The position numbers and the translations under genes were made by a program. Of a stretch of 64,000 nucleotides of DNA, positions 29,769 to 39,834 are shown piece after piece. The notes under the pieces are model-generated. The model saw nothing but the letters and a program-made list of their open reading frames with translations. It did no database searches and was not told where the DNA came from. The DNA comes from Candidatus Nomurabacteria bacterium GW2011_GWC2_42_20 (GTDB lineage Bacteria; Patescibacteriota; Minisyncoccia; Phycocordibacterales; UBA1550), in NCBI GenBank assembly GCA_000998425.1, contig LCDG01000001.1, forward strand, positions 10,558-74,557, read 5' to 3'. The stretch's first letter is position 1, and the number at the start of each line of letters is the position of its first letter.

Positions 29769-30413
29769 ATGTTTATTATGACAAACATAAAGATTGCGAA
29801 GATTATGGCAATAATTGTCGCACTGGTTGGCTTATTGGTGGTATTTGGATGGGTCGTGGATATTCAGGTGATCAAGAGTATTTCGCCACAATGGATCCCA
29901 ATGAGATTTATTACAGCTGTAACCTTTATCTTTGGCGGAATATCTCTTTACTACATTGCAGAAACTATTAATAGGGATGAGGGTATCGCATCAGCCGCTG
30001 TTCCTTTAATGAGCATTATTATATTGGCAATTATGGGTGTTTTTCTTGTCGCTATCTTTAGTGGCTCTAAAACAGGTCTCGATGAATTTTTTATTAAAGA
30101 AACTCAAAGTGAAACAAATGCCTTTCCACCAGGATTCCCATCTACGGGTGTGATAGCCAGCTTTATTATCCTGGGCATCGCTGGTTTTGCTACAGCTTTT
30201 GGTATAAAAAACATAAAAAAATATTTGAGGATATCTGGTCAAATTATGACTGCTATCGGTGGGGTTGGACTAATTGGTTATGTTGTTGGTTCCGACGTGC
30301 TGACATACAATATACCTGGTTTTAGCGCTACAATCGCATTTCATGCTGCGGTTTTAATAATTCTTCTTGGTTACGGTCTTATACTTGTCGGTAAAGAGGC
30401 AAAGGAGATTTAG
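29769..30413 (+). CDS. hypothetical polytopic membrane protein
   Basis: 214 aa, ~6 TM helices. Confidence 0.45.
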   Translation: MFIMTNIKIAKIMAIIVALVGLLVVFGWVVDIQVIKSISPQWIPMRFITAVTFIFGGISLYYIAETINRDEGIASAAVPLMSIIILAIMGVFLVAIFSGSKTGLDEFFIKETQSETNAFPPGFPSTGVIASFIILGIAGFATAFGIKNIKKYLRISGQIMTAIGGVGLIGYVVGSDVLTYNIPGFSATIAFHAAVLIILLGYGLILVGKEAKEI

Positions 30414-30460
30414 TTCATAAAAAGATATCTTACTGTTTTTGTTGTATACTAGGACCTTAT

Positions 30461-32122
30461 ATGAACCAGGACGAAGCATTTGAAATACTAAAAACTGGGC
30501 GAAATGTCTTTGTGACTGGCCCAGCCGGAAGCGGGAAGACACATCTTGTCAACCGCTATATCGCTTACTTGCGTGAACACGACATCGATATAGGCATCAC
30601 TGCATCCACGGGGATTGCAGCCACGCATATGGGTGGAGTGACGATACACTCGTGGGCAGGTATCGGTGTCGCAGCACATTTATCACCGTACGACCTTGAG
30701 GCGATGCTTGAGAAAGGGTACTTGTACAAGAGGTTCGAAAAAGTGAAAGTATTGATTATTGATGAAGTTTCTATGCTTCACCATTTTCGTTTGGACTTAG
30801 TCAATCGCGTGCTTAAAACAATGAAGTGCGGGGATAAGCCATTTGGGGGAGTCCAAGTGATTTTGTGCGGAGATTTTTTTCAGTTGCCACCAGTTACGCG
30901 TATTGGCGAGCCGGAATCGCATTTTGTATATAAGAGTGACGCGTGGCAAGATGCAAATTTTACAATCTGTTATTTGTCGGAACAGTTTCGTCAACAAGAT
31001 GACGCGACAATCTCGATACTAAATGAAATTCGTTCCGGAGAAGTTTCTGAGAAGGCGAGAGAGCACCTGCGAGCACGCCATAATGTTCGCTCTGCAAAAT
31101 TTACGACATCAACAAAACTTTTTACACATAATGCTGACGTAGATACGTTAAATGATACCGAACTCGAAAATGTTGAAGGTGATGATATAACCACATATGT
31201 AATGGGAAGTCGTGGCAAGGAAGCTATCACTGCAACGCTTAAAAAATCCTGCCTTGCCCCAGAGACACTTCGCTTAAAACCAGGTGCTCGTGTGATGTGT
31301 GTAAAGAACAATTTTGAGGCTGGTTATGTGAATGGAACACTTGGTGTCGTCGTGTCGTGCAGTGAAAATGAAGACCCTGTAATTTGTACTGTTGATGGGA
31401 AAAAAATGACTATTCCACGCGCGTCATGGAAGATTGAGGAAGATGGAAAAGTAAAGGCAGAAATTTTGCAGTATCCACTTCGCCTTGCGTGGGCCATCAC
31501 TGTGCACAAGAGCCAGGGGATGAGCCTGGACGCAGTTGAAGTGGACCTTTCAAAATCGTTTGAACCTGGAATGGGATATGTAGCGCTTTCGCGAGTTCGT
31601 TCCCTCGAAGGGCTTACTATTTTAGGAATGAATGAGAATGCGCTTCGTGTACACGATGAAGTTCGCGAGCTTGATCATGAGTTTCAGGAAATATCAGCAC
31701 AAGCTCGTGATGAAATGAAAAGAATCGACTCAAAGGAGCTTGCGCGTCTACAAGAAGAATTTCTCGCGCGTTCACGTCCACCTCAAAAAGAAAAAAAGCT
31801 TGCGACCCACAAGGCAACAGAAGCATTGATTGCCGAGAAAAAAAGTTTGGCAGAAATCTCGGAGGCGCGCGAAATGACAGCTGAAACAATTGTCGCGCAT
31901 ATAGAGAAGCTAATGGAGGAAGAGTCTCGCGTGGATATGCGACACCTAAGGAATGAGATTTCTCATGCGCATTTTTTAAAAATAGAAAAAGCTATAACAG
32001 AACTTTTAAAGGACGGAAAGATAGCGCTACTTACACCAATTAAAAATAAGGTTGGACCTAATGTTTCTTTCTTGCACATACGTCTTGCACGAGCCCTGTT
32101 GGGGCATGCTCCGAAAAACTAG
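30461..32122 (+). CDS. PIF1/RecD-family 5'-3' DNA helicase
   Basis: Walker A VFVTGPAGSGKTHLV, motif II VLIIDEVSML, PIF1 signature VQVILCGDFFQLPPV. C-terminally it has an SH3-like region and an ~150-aa helical tail. Confidence 0.85.
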   Translation: MNQDEAFEILKTGRNVFVTGPAGSGKTHLVNRYIAYLREHDIDIGITASTGIAATHMGGVTIHSWAGIGVAAHLSPYDLEAMLEKGYLYKRFEKVKVLIIDEVSMLHHFRLDLVNRVLKTMKCGDKPFGGVQVILCGDFFQLPPVTRIGEPESHFVYKSDAWQDANFTICYLSEQFRQQDDATISILNEIRSGEVSEKAREHLRARHNVRSAKFTTSTKLFTHNADVDTLNDTELENVEGDDITTYVMGSRGKEAITATLKKSCLAPETLRLKPGARVMCVKNNFEAGYVNGTLGVVVSCSENEDPVICTVDGKKMTIPRASWKIEEDGKVKAEILQYPLRLAWAITVHKSQGMSLDAVEVDLSKSFEPGMGYVALSRVRSLEGLTILGMNENALRVHDEVRELDHEFQEISAQARDEMKRIDSKELARLQEEFLARSRPPQKEKKLATHKATEALIAEKKSLAEISEAREMTAETIVAHIEKLMEEESRVDMRHLRNEISHAHFLKIEKAITELLKDGKIALLTPIKNKVGPNVSFLHIRLARALLGHAPKN

Positions 32123-32215
32123 GAGAAGTAGTTTTTGTAATACTTTCTTGCATGTGGTAGTTTTGATTAGGCGAACCTTCTGGTTCTTTTTGAAATCATG
32201 GTTTAAGGAGAAATC

Positions 32216-32440
32216 ATGGCAGACAAACAGTACGACACTGAACATCATCGTTGCCCAAGATCACTAGGCGGAAAATCTGTGCAGAGAAATATCTCTGTTG
32301 TTCCAGGTAACAAGCATAGAGCGTGGCACCTACTCTTTAGGAACCATCCACCTGAAATAGTTGCAAGGATAATTAACAAGGTTTGGATTGACCCAGACTA
32401 CGAAATGATTGTAGTTCGAAAACGAAAATTTCAGAAATAA
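32216..32440 (+). CDS. small HNH-motif protein
   Basis: 74 aa ...EHHRCPRSLGGKSVQRNISVVPGNKHRAWHLLF... (HH..P.S.GG...N...H..H); it lies between the helicase and two terminators. Confidence 0.5.
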   Translation: MADKQYDTEHHRCPRSLGGKSVQRNISVVPGNKHRAWHLLFRNHPPEIVARIINKVWIDPDYEMIVVRKRKFQK

Positions 32441-32441
32441 T

Positions 32442-32470
32442 GATATACATAGGTTAAACCTATGTATATC
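32442..32470 (+). terminator. perfect hairpin immediately after the small HNH gene
   Basis: gatatacataggtt-aa-acctatgtatatc. Confidence 0.5.
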
Positions 32471-32483
32471 ACCTGATTAAATC

Positions 32484-32517
32484 AAACGCCCAGAGTGTAA
32501 GGTCTGGGCGTTTTTTA
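32484..32517 (+). terminator. canonical rho-independent terminator
   Basis: aacgcccaga-gtgtaagg-tctgggcgtt followed by ttttt. Confidence 0.8.
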
Positions 32518-32562
32518 ATTGTATTTGCTGTGCTGACGTTAGTTGCGGTACAATAGTCGTAT

Positions 32563-33417
32563 ATGAAATTCGAAAATCCTGAATTTGCAGCACAAAGATC
32601 CCTTAATAATCCAGAATACCTTCACCCCCTCATTGCAGAGGCTGCGATAAAGGCGCGCGAGATTAAAAAAGAAGAGGCTATAGACCCAGTTTTATTTGAG
32701 GGTGTGTATGGTTCCGATGCTGTAGCTCGAGACATTGAATATGTGCGTTCAATGAAGGCAAAGTTTGGCTCCGAAGATGAGGTGCACAAAAAATATGCCG
32801 ATGTTTTTGAAGCGATATTTTACGAGAATGCCGAAATGAGCAACTGGCTTGGTGAAAACACGCACACGGTTTTAACGTCAGAATTTGATGATATTAAAAA
32901 TGGTATGGACGTATTGGTGCGTTTGAACGATGCTTTACGGTCGTTTCCATATGTTGGTATGGGGATAGACGTTACTTTTGGACGCAATAGTGTTGAAAAG
33001 AAAATAGCTCGCGTTTTTGGTGAAATTGAAAAAGGTCAGCTTGGCACAGTACGTTATTTTATGGATCCAGATTATGCGCAATTTAAAGGAGAGCTTTCTA
33101 GTATGCCACACATAATTGTGGGGGTGGAGCGCAGGCATGTAATCGAGCTTGCTGGGCAATGGCTCCGTGGAGAGAAACGCAAGCTTGGAGAAAACCCAAT
33201 TCAACTCGTTGTTCTCCAGCAGATTATGACACAATTAAAGTCATTTCGTGATCACGCAGAGGGGATTGGGCGACAGGACCTTGTTGATATTTATAACGCG
33301 GATATTTCAGTATTTGCTCCAGTCCTCCGCGATAAACGCAATATGGACATCAGTGATTATGAAGATGACCCTGTAATAAAAGAGCTTTATCGCGCATTAG
33401 AAGCTAGGAAGAAATAA
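32563..33417 (+). CDS. hypothetical cytoplasmic protein
   Basis: 284-aa ORF, no recognisable motif. Confidence 0.45.
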   Translation: MKFENPEFAAQRSLNNPEYLHPLIAEAAIKAREIKKEEAIDPVLFEGVYGSDAVARDIEYVRSMKAKFGSEDEVHKKYADVFEAIFYENAEMSNWLGENTHTVLTSEFDDIKNGMDVLVRLNDALRSFPYVGMGIDVTFGRNSVEKKIARVFGEIEKGQLGTVRYFMDPDYAQFKGELSSMPHIIVGVERRHVIELAGQWLRGEKRKLGENPIQLVVLQQIMTQLKSFRDHAEGIGRQDLVDIYNADISVFAPVLRDKRNMDISDYEDDPVIKELYRALEARKK

Positions 33418-33488
33418 CTGTAGACAACAGAATGCTTTAGGGTAAAATTATAACAGGTCGAAGAATATATAATTAATTATTAAATATT

Positions 33489-33764
33489 ATGGAACTCAAA
33501 AAACATCAGTTTTCGTTGGCCGTTTCTGTTACGTTTGGGGTCGTGTATGTTATTTGCGCTGGTTTTACGGCTTTGTGGCCAGATTTTGCTATGAGGCTTT
33601 TAGGTTGGATGGCGCACATTGTAAATGTAGATAAGTTTGTCGGTGGTGTTGAGGTTACTCTTGCAGGAGTGACTATTGGTCTCCTTGAGATTGTAGTATA
33701 TGGATATGGCACGGCGTATCTGTTTGCATATTTCTATAATCGTTTTACTGCTCCGAGTGTTTAG
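33489..33764 (+). CDS. small membrane protein (2-3 TM)
   Basis: 91-aa hydrophobic ORF. Confidence 0.4.
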   Translation: MELKKHQFSLAVSVTFGVVYVICAGFTALWPDFAMRLLGWMAHIVNVDKFVGGVEVTLAGVTIGLLEIVVYGYGTAYLFAYFYNRFTAPSV

Positions 33765-33780
33765 GATTAAATTGATTACA

Positions 33781-33821
33781 GCTGAACCAAAAACTGCCGT
33801 GACGGCAGTTTTTGGTTCAGC
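33781..33821 (+). terminator. 19-bp perfect hairpin (terminator-like)
   Basis: gctgaaccaaaaactgccg-tga-cggcagtttttggttcagc. Confidence 0.6.
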
Positions 33822-33830
33822 GACAATTAT

Positions 33831-36026
33831 TTGTGTTATTATATTTGCATGAAAGAAACACTCTACACGTGTCCGATGCATTCGAACATTGTGCGCACAG
33901 AGCCTGGTATGTGTCCAGAGTGTGGGATGAGCCTCGTGCCAGCGCGAGCGTGGAAGGACGCGGATGATACGCGGACAGTCGCTGAAGGCAATCCGCATAG
34001 TCCTGATTCTATTCCGCATAAGCATGCGTCAAGTCCGCATAGTTCCGCATTTACTAAGCATGAGGGGCATCATACTGCAGAATTTTTGAAAAAGTTTTGG
34101 ATAGTGCTTGCGCTAACGATCCCAATTCTCGTTTACTCTGAAATTTTTGCGCGCGCATTCACGTGGACCCCACCTCAGTTTATTGGTGTGCAATACGCAA
34201 TACTCGCACTCGGTTCGACAGTGTTTTTTTACGGCGGTTTGGTTTTTTTGCTTGGTGCGTACCGTGAACTTCGCGCGGGTCTTCCAGGAATGATGACGCT
34301 CATCGCGCTTGCGATTACGGCGGCATATTCGTTCAGTATTTTTTCTGTTTTGACTGGTAGCGAACATACGCTTTTCTGGGAACTCTCTACGCTTATCGCC
34401 GTGATGCTTCTGGGTCACTGGATAGAGATGAAGGCGGTACAGGGAGCGCAGGGAGCGCTCAAGGAACTCGCAAAACTTTTACCAGATACAGCCGAGGTGT
34501 TGCGTGACGGCTCTACAGAAACTGTTTCCATTTCAGAACTCCGCGTAGGCGACCGAGTGCTCGTGCGCCCTGGCGCAAAAGTGCCAGCTGACGGTGTCGT
34601 TGTGGAGGGTCGCTCTGAGCTTGATGAATCCATTATCACTGGTGAATCAAAGCTTATCTCAAAAGAAATCGATTCCGAGGTAATCGCTGGATCCATCAAT
34701 GGTGACGGCAGCCTCACAATAGAAGTGAAGAAAATCGGCGAGGGAACATTTCTTGCTGGTGTGATGCGCTTGGTGGCGGATGCGCAAGCGAGCAAGTCAC
34801 GTCTGCAGATTCTTTCCGACCGTGCAGCGCTTTATTTGACTGTCATAGCTGTTGTGGCTGGCACGGCCACATTTATCGCATGGATTTTTGCGAATGCCGG
34901 AGTTGTATTTGCAACTGAACGCCTTGTCGCGGTCCTCGTGATTACTTGCCCGCATGCGTTAGGTCTCGCTGTACCGTTGGTCGCGTCAATATCCACCACT
35001 ATGGCCGCACGCAATGGGTTCCTTGTGCGACAGCGTATTGCTCTTGAGTCAGCGCGAGCTATAGATATTGTGCTTTTTGATAAAACGGGGACGCTTACGC
35101 AAGGAGCTTTTGGCGTACATGCAATTATTCCTACTGGTTCGTTTAATGATATTGATGTGCTTAAAAAAGGCGCTGAGCTTGACCAGGGGTCCGAACATCC
35201 TCTAGCAAAGGCAATAGTTGTGGAGGCGCGCAGGCGAGGAGTTGTGCTAGAATCGATGAATAATTTTGAGCGTGTTGCGGGCAAAGGTGCGCGTGGAGAT
35301 GTGGGCGGAGAGACAGTGCTCATAGGAAATGAGTCGTTTATGAACGAGGTGGCAATTGTTGTCGCAGAAGAGTTCCTGCTAAAGACTCGCGCGCTTGAAA
35401 GCGAAGGTAAAACTGTTATTTTTGTAGCATCGCAGGGGCACCTTGTTGGTGCCATCGCTCTCGCAGATATTATCCGACAGGAATCTCGTGAGGCAATACA
35501 ATCGCTCCGTAAGCTTGGCATTCGCACCGCTATGATCACCGGAGACTCGCCTGATACAGCAAAATGGGTTGCGCGCGAGCTCGGTATAGACGAATATTTT
35601 GCACGCGTGCTTCCAGGGGAAAAGTCCGAGAAGGTAAAAATACTACAAGCACAGGGGCATAAAGTTGCGATGGTGGGGGACGGGGTCAATGACGCGCCAG
35701 CGCTCACTCAGGCCGATCTCGGTATTGCCATTGGCGCTGGCACTAACGTCGCTATTGAGTCAGCTGGCATTATTTTAGTACGTAATGACCCTCGCGATAT
35801 TCCAAAAATCATTCGCCTCTCACAGCTCACTTACACAAAGATGATTCAGAATCTTTTCTGGGCGACAGGGTACAATCTCATCGCGCTCCCTCTGGCGGCA
35901 GGTGTACTCGCGTACAAGGGTGTTATTTTGCAACCTGCAGTCGCAGCAGTTTTTATGAGCGCGTCTACCGTCATTGTGGCGATAAACGCACTATTGCTCA
36001 GAAGGAATAATTTGAGTACCATATAA
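33831..36026 (+). CDS. copB: copper-transporting P1B-type ATPase, CopB-like (His-rich N-terminus, CPH motif)
   Basis: N-terminal Cys-rich metal-binding segment YTCPMHSNIVRTEPGMCPECGM and a His-rich stretch HSPDSIPHKHASSPHSSAFTKHEGHH. TM region carries CPH (ITCPHALGLAVP). DKTGTLT, GDGVNDAPAL and TGD motifs are present. Confidence 0.9.
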   Translation: MCYYICMKETLYTCPMHSNIVRTEPGMCPECGMSLVPARAWKDADDTRTVAEGNPHSPDSIPHKHASSPHSSAFTKHEGHHTAEFLKKFWIVLALTIPILVYSEIFARAFTWTPPQFIGVQYAILALGSTVFFYGGLVFLLGAYRELRAGLPGMMTLIALAITAAYSFSIFSVLTGSEHTLFWELSTLIAVMLLGHWIEMKAVQGAQGALKELAKLLPDTAEVLRDGSTETVSISELRVGDRVLVRPGAKVPADGVVVEGRSELDESIITGESKLISKEIDSEVIAGSINGDGSLTIEVKKIGEGTFLAGVMRLVADAQASKSRLQILSDRAALYLTVIAVVAGTATFIAWIFANAGVVFATERLVAVLVITCPHALGLAVPLVASISTTMAARNGFLVRQRIALESARAIDIVLFDKTGTLTQGAFGVHAIIPTGSFNDIDVLKKGAELDQGSEHPLAKAIVVEARRRGVVLESMNNFERVAGKGARGDVGGETVLIGNESFMNEVAIVVAEEFLLKTRALESEGKTVIFVASQGHLVGAIALADIIRQESREAIQSLRKLGIRTAMITGDSPDTAKWVARELGIDEYFARVLPGEKSEKVKILQAQGHKVAMVGDGVNDAPALTQADLGIAIGAGTNVAIESAGIILVRNDPRDIPKIIRLSQLTYTKMIQNLFWATGYNLIALPLAAGVLAYKGVILQPAVAAVFMSASTVIVAINALLLRRNNLSTI

Positions 36027-36031
36027 GGACT

Positions 36032-36415
36032 ATGGAATTTGATTACACAAAAATCACAACGAAAAGTTTTAACGATGCCGTTCAAGCTGTGCAGGATGAG
36101 ATTGCAAAAGCAGGTATGCGGGTTTTGTATGTTCATGATGTGCAACAATCACTCATTGAAAAGGGGTTCACGCGAGACTCATTCAAAATTGTTGAATTCT
36201 GCAACGCTAAATACGCGAATGATTTTTTGAATGCGGATATTAAAATAGGACTTTGTATGCCGTGCAAAATAAATGTGTACGTCAAAGATGGTCAAACGCA
36301 TATCTCTGGCATGCGACCAATCATTCTCTCACAATTTTTCACGAATGCGGACTTGGGTGACAAGCCAAAAGAAGTTGATCAAATTATTCAAAATATAATC
36401 AATAACACAAAGTGA
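36032..36415 (+). CDS. DUF302-family protein
   Basis: 127 aa; ...GFTRDSFKIVEFCNAKYANDFLNADIKIGLCMPCKINVYVKDGQTHISGMRP matches the DUF302 pattern (E.CNP..A........LPCR..VY..DG). Confidence 0.65.
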   Translation: MEFDYTKITTKSFNDAVQAVQDEIAKAGMRVLYVHDVQQSLIEKGFTRDSFKIVEFCNAKYANDFLNADIKIGLCMPCKINVYVKDGQTHISGMRPIILSQFFTNADLGDKPKEVDQIIQNIINNTK

Positions 36416-36477
36416 GGCTATTAAGGAATCCTGTTATTTGCCACTGGAACCAGTAGGGATATCGGGATACAAATAAC

Positions 36478-37185
36478 ATGAACTCAATACACGAACCGCA
36501 ACTCGCTTGGCTAATATGGAGCTTGATACTCGTTGCAGTTTGGTTTTTTGTTTACGTACTCTTAAAAAACAAAGATAGCAAGAGAAAGATGATCATTGTG
36601 AGTCTCTGGACATCGCTTTTTGGAATTACAGAACCGATTTTTGTTCCCGAATATTGGAACCCTCCATCACTTTTTGACTTGGCGCATCAGACTGGTTTTG
36701 ATATAGAGAGCTTTATATTCTCATTTGCTATCGGTGGCATCGTTGTTGTAATATACGAGCGCATTTTTCACAGACAGCACAAGCAAATGACGCCACATGA
36801 GCAACATCTTGCACGCCACCAATATCATCTAATATCGCTTCTGTCTGCGCCCGCGACATTCCTAATACTTCTTGTTGCTTCTCCGCTTAATCCAATCTAT
36901 TCTGCTATCATTGCAATGACTGTTGGTGGGTTTGCGACTTGGTATTGTCGACCTGACTTAAAAAAGAAGATGCTTATGAGCGCTACCTTGTTTTTAGGTA
37001 TATATTTTGTGTATTTTATTACGCTCATCGCTTTGTATCCTGGCTATGTAGAGCAAGTCTGGAATCTTTCAGCAATTTCTGGGATTCTAATATTAGGTGT
37101 TCCTGCGGAAGAGCTCCTTTTTGCGTTCAGCTTTGGTTTCATTTGGTCGAGCATATACGAGCATATCACATGGACTAAGGTATAA
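36478..37185 (+). CDS. hypothetical polytopic membrane protein
   Basis: 235 aa, ~6 TM helices. Confidence 0.45.
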   Translation: MNSIHEPQLAWLIWSLILVAVWFFVYVLLKNKDSKRKMIIVSLWTSLFGITEPIFVPEYWNPPSLFDLAHQTGFDIESFIFSFAIGGIVVVIYERIFHRQHKQMTPHEQHLARHQYHLISLLSAPATFLILLVASPLNPIYSAIIAMTVGGFATWYCRPDLKKKMLMSATLFLGIYFVYFITLIALYPGYVEQVWNLSAISGILILGVPAEELLFAFSFGFIWSSIYEHITWTKV

Positions 37186-37193
37186 TATAAGTT

Positions 37194-37835
37194 ATGTGTT
37201 TTTCAGTAACAGCAAGCTTTGTGGCAGGGACAGCATTATCAGCTGTAGGAGTTGTAACAATTAAGAAAGCGAAAGCTAAGAAGGAACTTTCGTTTGCTTC
37301 AATTCCGCTTTTGTTTGGAGTACAGCAGTTTGTTGAAGGAGCTGTGTGGCTTTCATTTCAATACAGCGCGCAAATTTTTAATCAGATTGCAACCTATGCG
37401 TACCTTGGTTTTGCGTACGTGCTGTGGCCAATATTTGTGCCACTATCCGTTGGTCTTTTGGAAACCGATTCTCGCCGCAAAAAAATATTGTACTCATTTC
37501 AATTTGTCGGACTCGCAGTGGGTTCGTATCTCTTCTACTTTATAGTTAGCAATCCAGTCGCTTCTCAAATAGTGAACAAGAGTATCGTTTACTCAATGCC
37601 AGGGAAATACGGTGTTCTTTTGGTTGGGATGTACTTGCTCGCAACTTGCGTCAGCTGCCTTTTTTCAAGCCACAGGATGATCAATATCCTTGGAGTTTTA
37701 ATTGCTGTATCTTTTGCAATTACATACCGTTTTTACACGGTTTCATACGTGTCTGTGTGGTGTTTTTTTGCGGCTGTTTTAAGTATTGCGGTGTACTTGT
37801 ATTTCAGGGAACGTGATGGTACCATTGCTGTATGA
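37194..37835 (+). CDS. hypothetical polytopic membrane protein
   Basis: 213 aa, ~6 TM helices; overlaps the next ORF by 4 nt. Confidence 0.45.
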   Translation: MCFSVTASFVAGTALSAVGVVTIKKAKAKKELSFASIPLLFGVQQFVEGAVWLSFQYSAQIFNQIATYAYLGFAYVLWPIFVPLSVGLLETDSRRKKILYSFQFVGLAVGSYLFYFIVSNPVASQIVNKSIVYSMPGKYGVLLVGMYLLATCVSCLFSSHRMINILGVLIAVSFAITYRFYTVSYVSVWCFFAAVLSIAVYLYFRERDGTIAV

Positions 37836-38239
37836 AAAGGTTTCTAGCATCAATAGTTATAACAGCCTTCGTTATTGGGGCTTTTTTCAGTATTTTTGCG
37901 ATGTACCATAATCAGGGCTTATTGATGAACAGCGATTGCCCAACGTCACCGCTACATGCCGAGGTTTGCCCAACAGGCGATTTGTCTGTTGCGTCTCACT
38001 ATATTTCGATGTATCAGGCTCTTACAAACAGTCTTGTTTCTTCTATGGTAACGCAAGTGTTAATAATCGCTCTACTTTTTGTCGCGGTGCCATACGTGTT
38101 CCGCAAATATATTGCATTGATACGTCGTCTGCTTGTCTCGCTATTTATTTTATCTCGTGATTTTATCGCGAAATTATACAGGCCACAGGCGCTTACTCGC
38201 TGGCTTTCGCTATTAGTAAACAGCCCATCAATAATCTAG
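37832..38239 (+). CDS. hypothetical membrane protein
   Basis: 135-aa ORF with 3 TM helices. Confidence 0.4.
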   Translation: MKRFLASIVITAFVIGAFFSIFAMYHNQGLLMNSDCPTSPLHAEVCPTGDLSVASHYISMYQALTNSLVSSMVTQVLIIALLFVAVPYVFRKYIALIRRLLVSLFILSRDFIAKLYRPQALTRWLSLLVNSPSII

Positions 38240-38267
38240 TTTTTTATCAGACTAAATTATTGAAAAA

Positions 38268-39827
38268 ATGAAAAATATAAAAATAGTTATCGCATTGGTT
38301 GCGATTGCAGGAATTGTAGCACTTATTTATTTTGGCAATCAAGGGAATGACAATATCGTTTCTGGAGACAGTAACAAGATTTATGTTGCCATTGAGGGTG
38401 CTGGGGAGATATCAGTGATAGACGCAAAAACGAACCAAGTTTTGAAAAGAATTGATTTGTCGGAAGACAAGAACGGGATGACTGTGGGCTATATGCCTCA
38501 CAATGTGCAAGTCGCTCCCGATAACAAAAGCGTATGGGTAACTGCCAATGCTGTTGAAAAAAAGGATATGAAAATGTCTTTTAGAATTATTCCAATTGCG
38601 TATGCGGACACGGGGCATGGAGATGAGGTTGCGATACCCAGCGAAATTATGGATGAAGTAATCGTTATTGACCCATTCTCAGATGTAATTGTAAAAAGAA
38701 TTGAGCTCGGGCAAGGTTTACACCTTTCGCATGTTTCTCTAACGCCGGATAGTGCGTATGCGGTCGTTGCTTCTCAGGAAAAGGGGATTGTGTACAAAAT
38801 AAATACTTCTTCATTTGAGGTAGAAAAGGAAGTAACCACAAAAAAAGGTGGAGAACCTCACGGGCTTCGTATTTCTCCTGATGGTAAAACAGCATACATT
38901 GCGATGCTTGGTGGGAAAAGTATGGGGGTCCTTGATATTGCAAGCTTCATAATGAAGTATATACCTCTTCGTGGTAGAGCCGTGCAGACTGGCGTAACAC
39001 CAGATGGTAAATACGCGCTTGCTTCCGTGTATGACGCAAAAACTTTGGCAGTCTATGATACAGCTTCCTCAGAATTGAGCTACATTGATTTGCCAAAAGA
39101 GGCGAAGGGTCCGGTGCAGATCTATCCAACACCCGATTCTCGTTTTGTGTATGTTGCCGACCAAGGTCTTTACTTTGATCAGCCAGTCAGTAACAATGTG
39201 TATAAAATTGACCTAATAGAAATGAAAGTAACAGAGACAATTCTTGCCGGTTCGGCTCCACATGGGGTTGTCGTTTCTAAGGACGGAAAGTTTGTGTATG
39301 TTGCTAACCTAAAGAGCGATGACGTATCGGTAATAGACACCACTGTAGAAAAGGAAATCGCAAAGATAAATGTAGGTAAGTCACCAAACGGAATTAGTAT
39401 ATGGTATGGCGATCCATCAATTGCTGGCAAGGGAAATTATAGCGAACTAGTGGCTACCGAAAAATTCTTTGATTTTGGTGTAATCTCGATGGCGAAAGGA
39501 AAGGTCAGCCACTCGTTTGTGGTGAAAAATACTGGAAGCACACCATTAAAAATTGGGAAAGTATACACTTCATGCATGTGTACAGAAGCGACTATTGTGA
39601 GTGGGTTGTCACGTAATGGGCCGTTTGGAATGCCAGGACATGGAGGAAAGTCTCTCGCTGTCGAGACTGTAAAAGCTGGTCAAGAAATAACCATTGAAGT
39701 ATCAGTAGACCCAGCAGCTCATGGTCCTCAGGGCACGGGTCCGGCAAAAAAGGTTGTCTATATAGAGACCAATTCTGCAATCAACCCAACATTAAAATTA
39801 GAGCTTGATATAAACGTAATCCCGTAA
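38268..39827 (+). CDS. YVTN-type beta-propeller repeat protein with a C-terminal DUF1573 domain
   Basis: N-terminal TM; repeats (YVAIEGAGEISVIDAKTNQVLKRIDL; YVANLKSDDVSVIDTTVEKEIAKINVGKSPNGI); C-terminal FDFGVISMAKGKVSHSFVVKNTGSTPLKIGKVYTSCMCT (DUF1573-like). Confidence 0.7.
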   Translation: MKNIKIVIALVAIAGIVALIYFGNQGNDNIVSGDSNKIYVAIEGAGEISVIDAKTNQVLKRIDLSEDKNGMTVGYMPHNVQVAPDNKSVWVTANAVEKKDMKMSFRIIPIAYADTGHGDEVAIPSEIMDEVIVIDPFSDVIVKRIELGQGLHLSHVSLTPDSAYAVVASQEKGIVYKINTSSFEVEKEVTTKKGGEPHGLRISPDGKTAYIAMLGGKSMGVLDIASFIMKYIPLRGRAVQTGVTPDGKYALASVYDAKTLAVYDTASSELSYIDLPKEAKGPVQIYPTPDSRFVYVADQGLYFDQPVSNNVYKIDLIEMKVTETILAGSAPHGVVVSKDGKFVYVANLKSDDVSVIDTTVEKEIAKINVGKSPNGISIWYGDPSIAGKGNYSELVATEKFFDFGVISMAKGKVSHSFVVKNTGSTPLKIGKVYTSCMCTEATIVSGLSRNGPFGMPGHGGKSLAVETVKAGQEITIEVSVDPAAHGPQGTGPAKKVVYIETNSAINPTLKLELDINVIP

Positions 39828-39834
39828 ATAAATT

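Noticed and set aside
34832-35707. 291-aa ORF on the minus strand antisense to copB (similar antisense ORFs at 5944-6600, 51541-52104 and 39876-40286)
   Set aside because: Ala/Ser/Arg/Thr-rich low-complexity translations lying entirely inside well-supported + strand genes; antisense artefacts.
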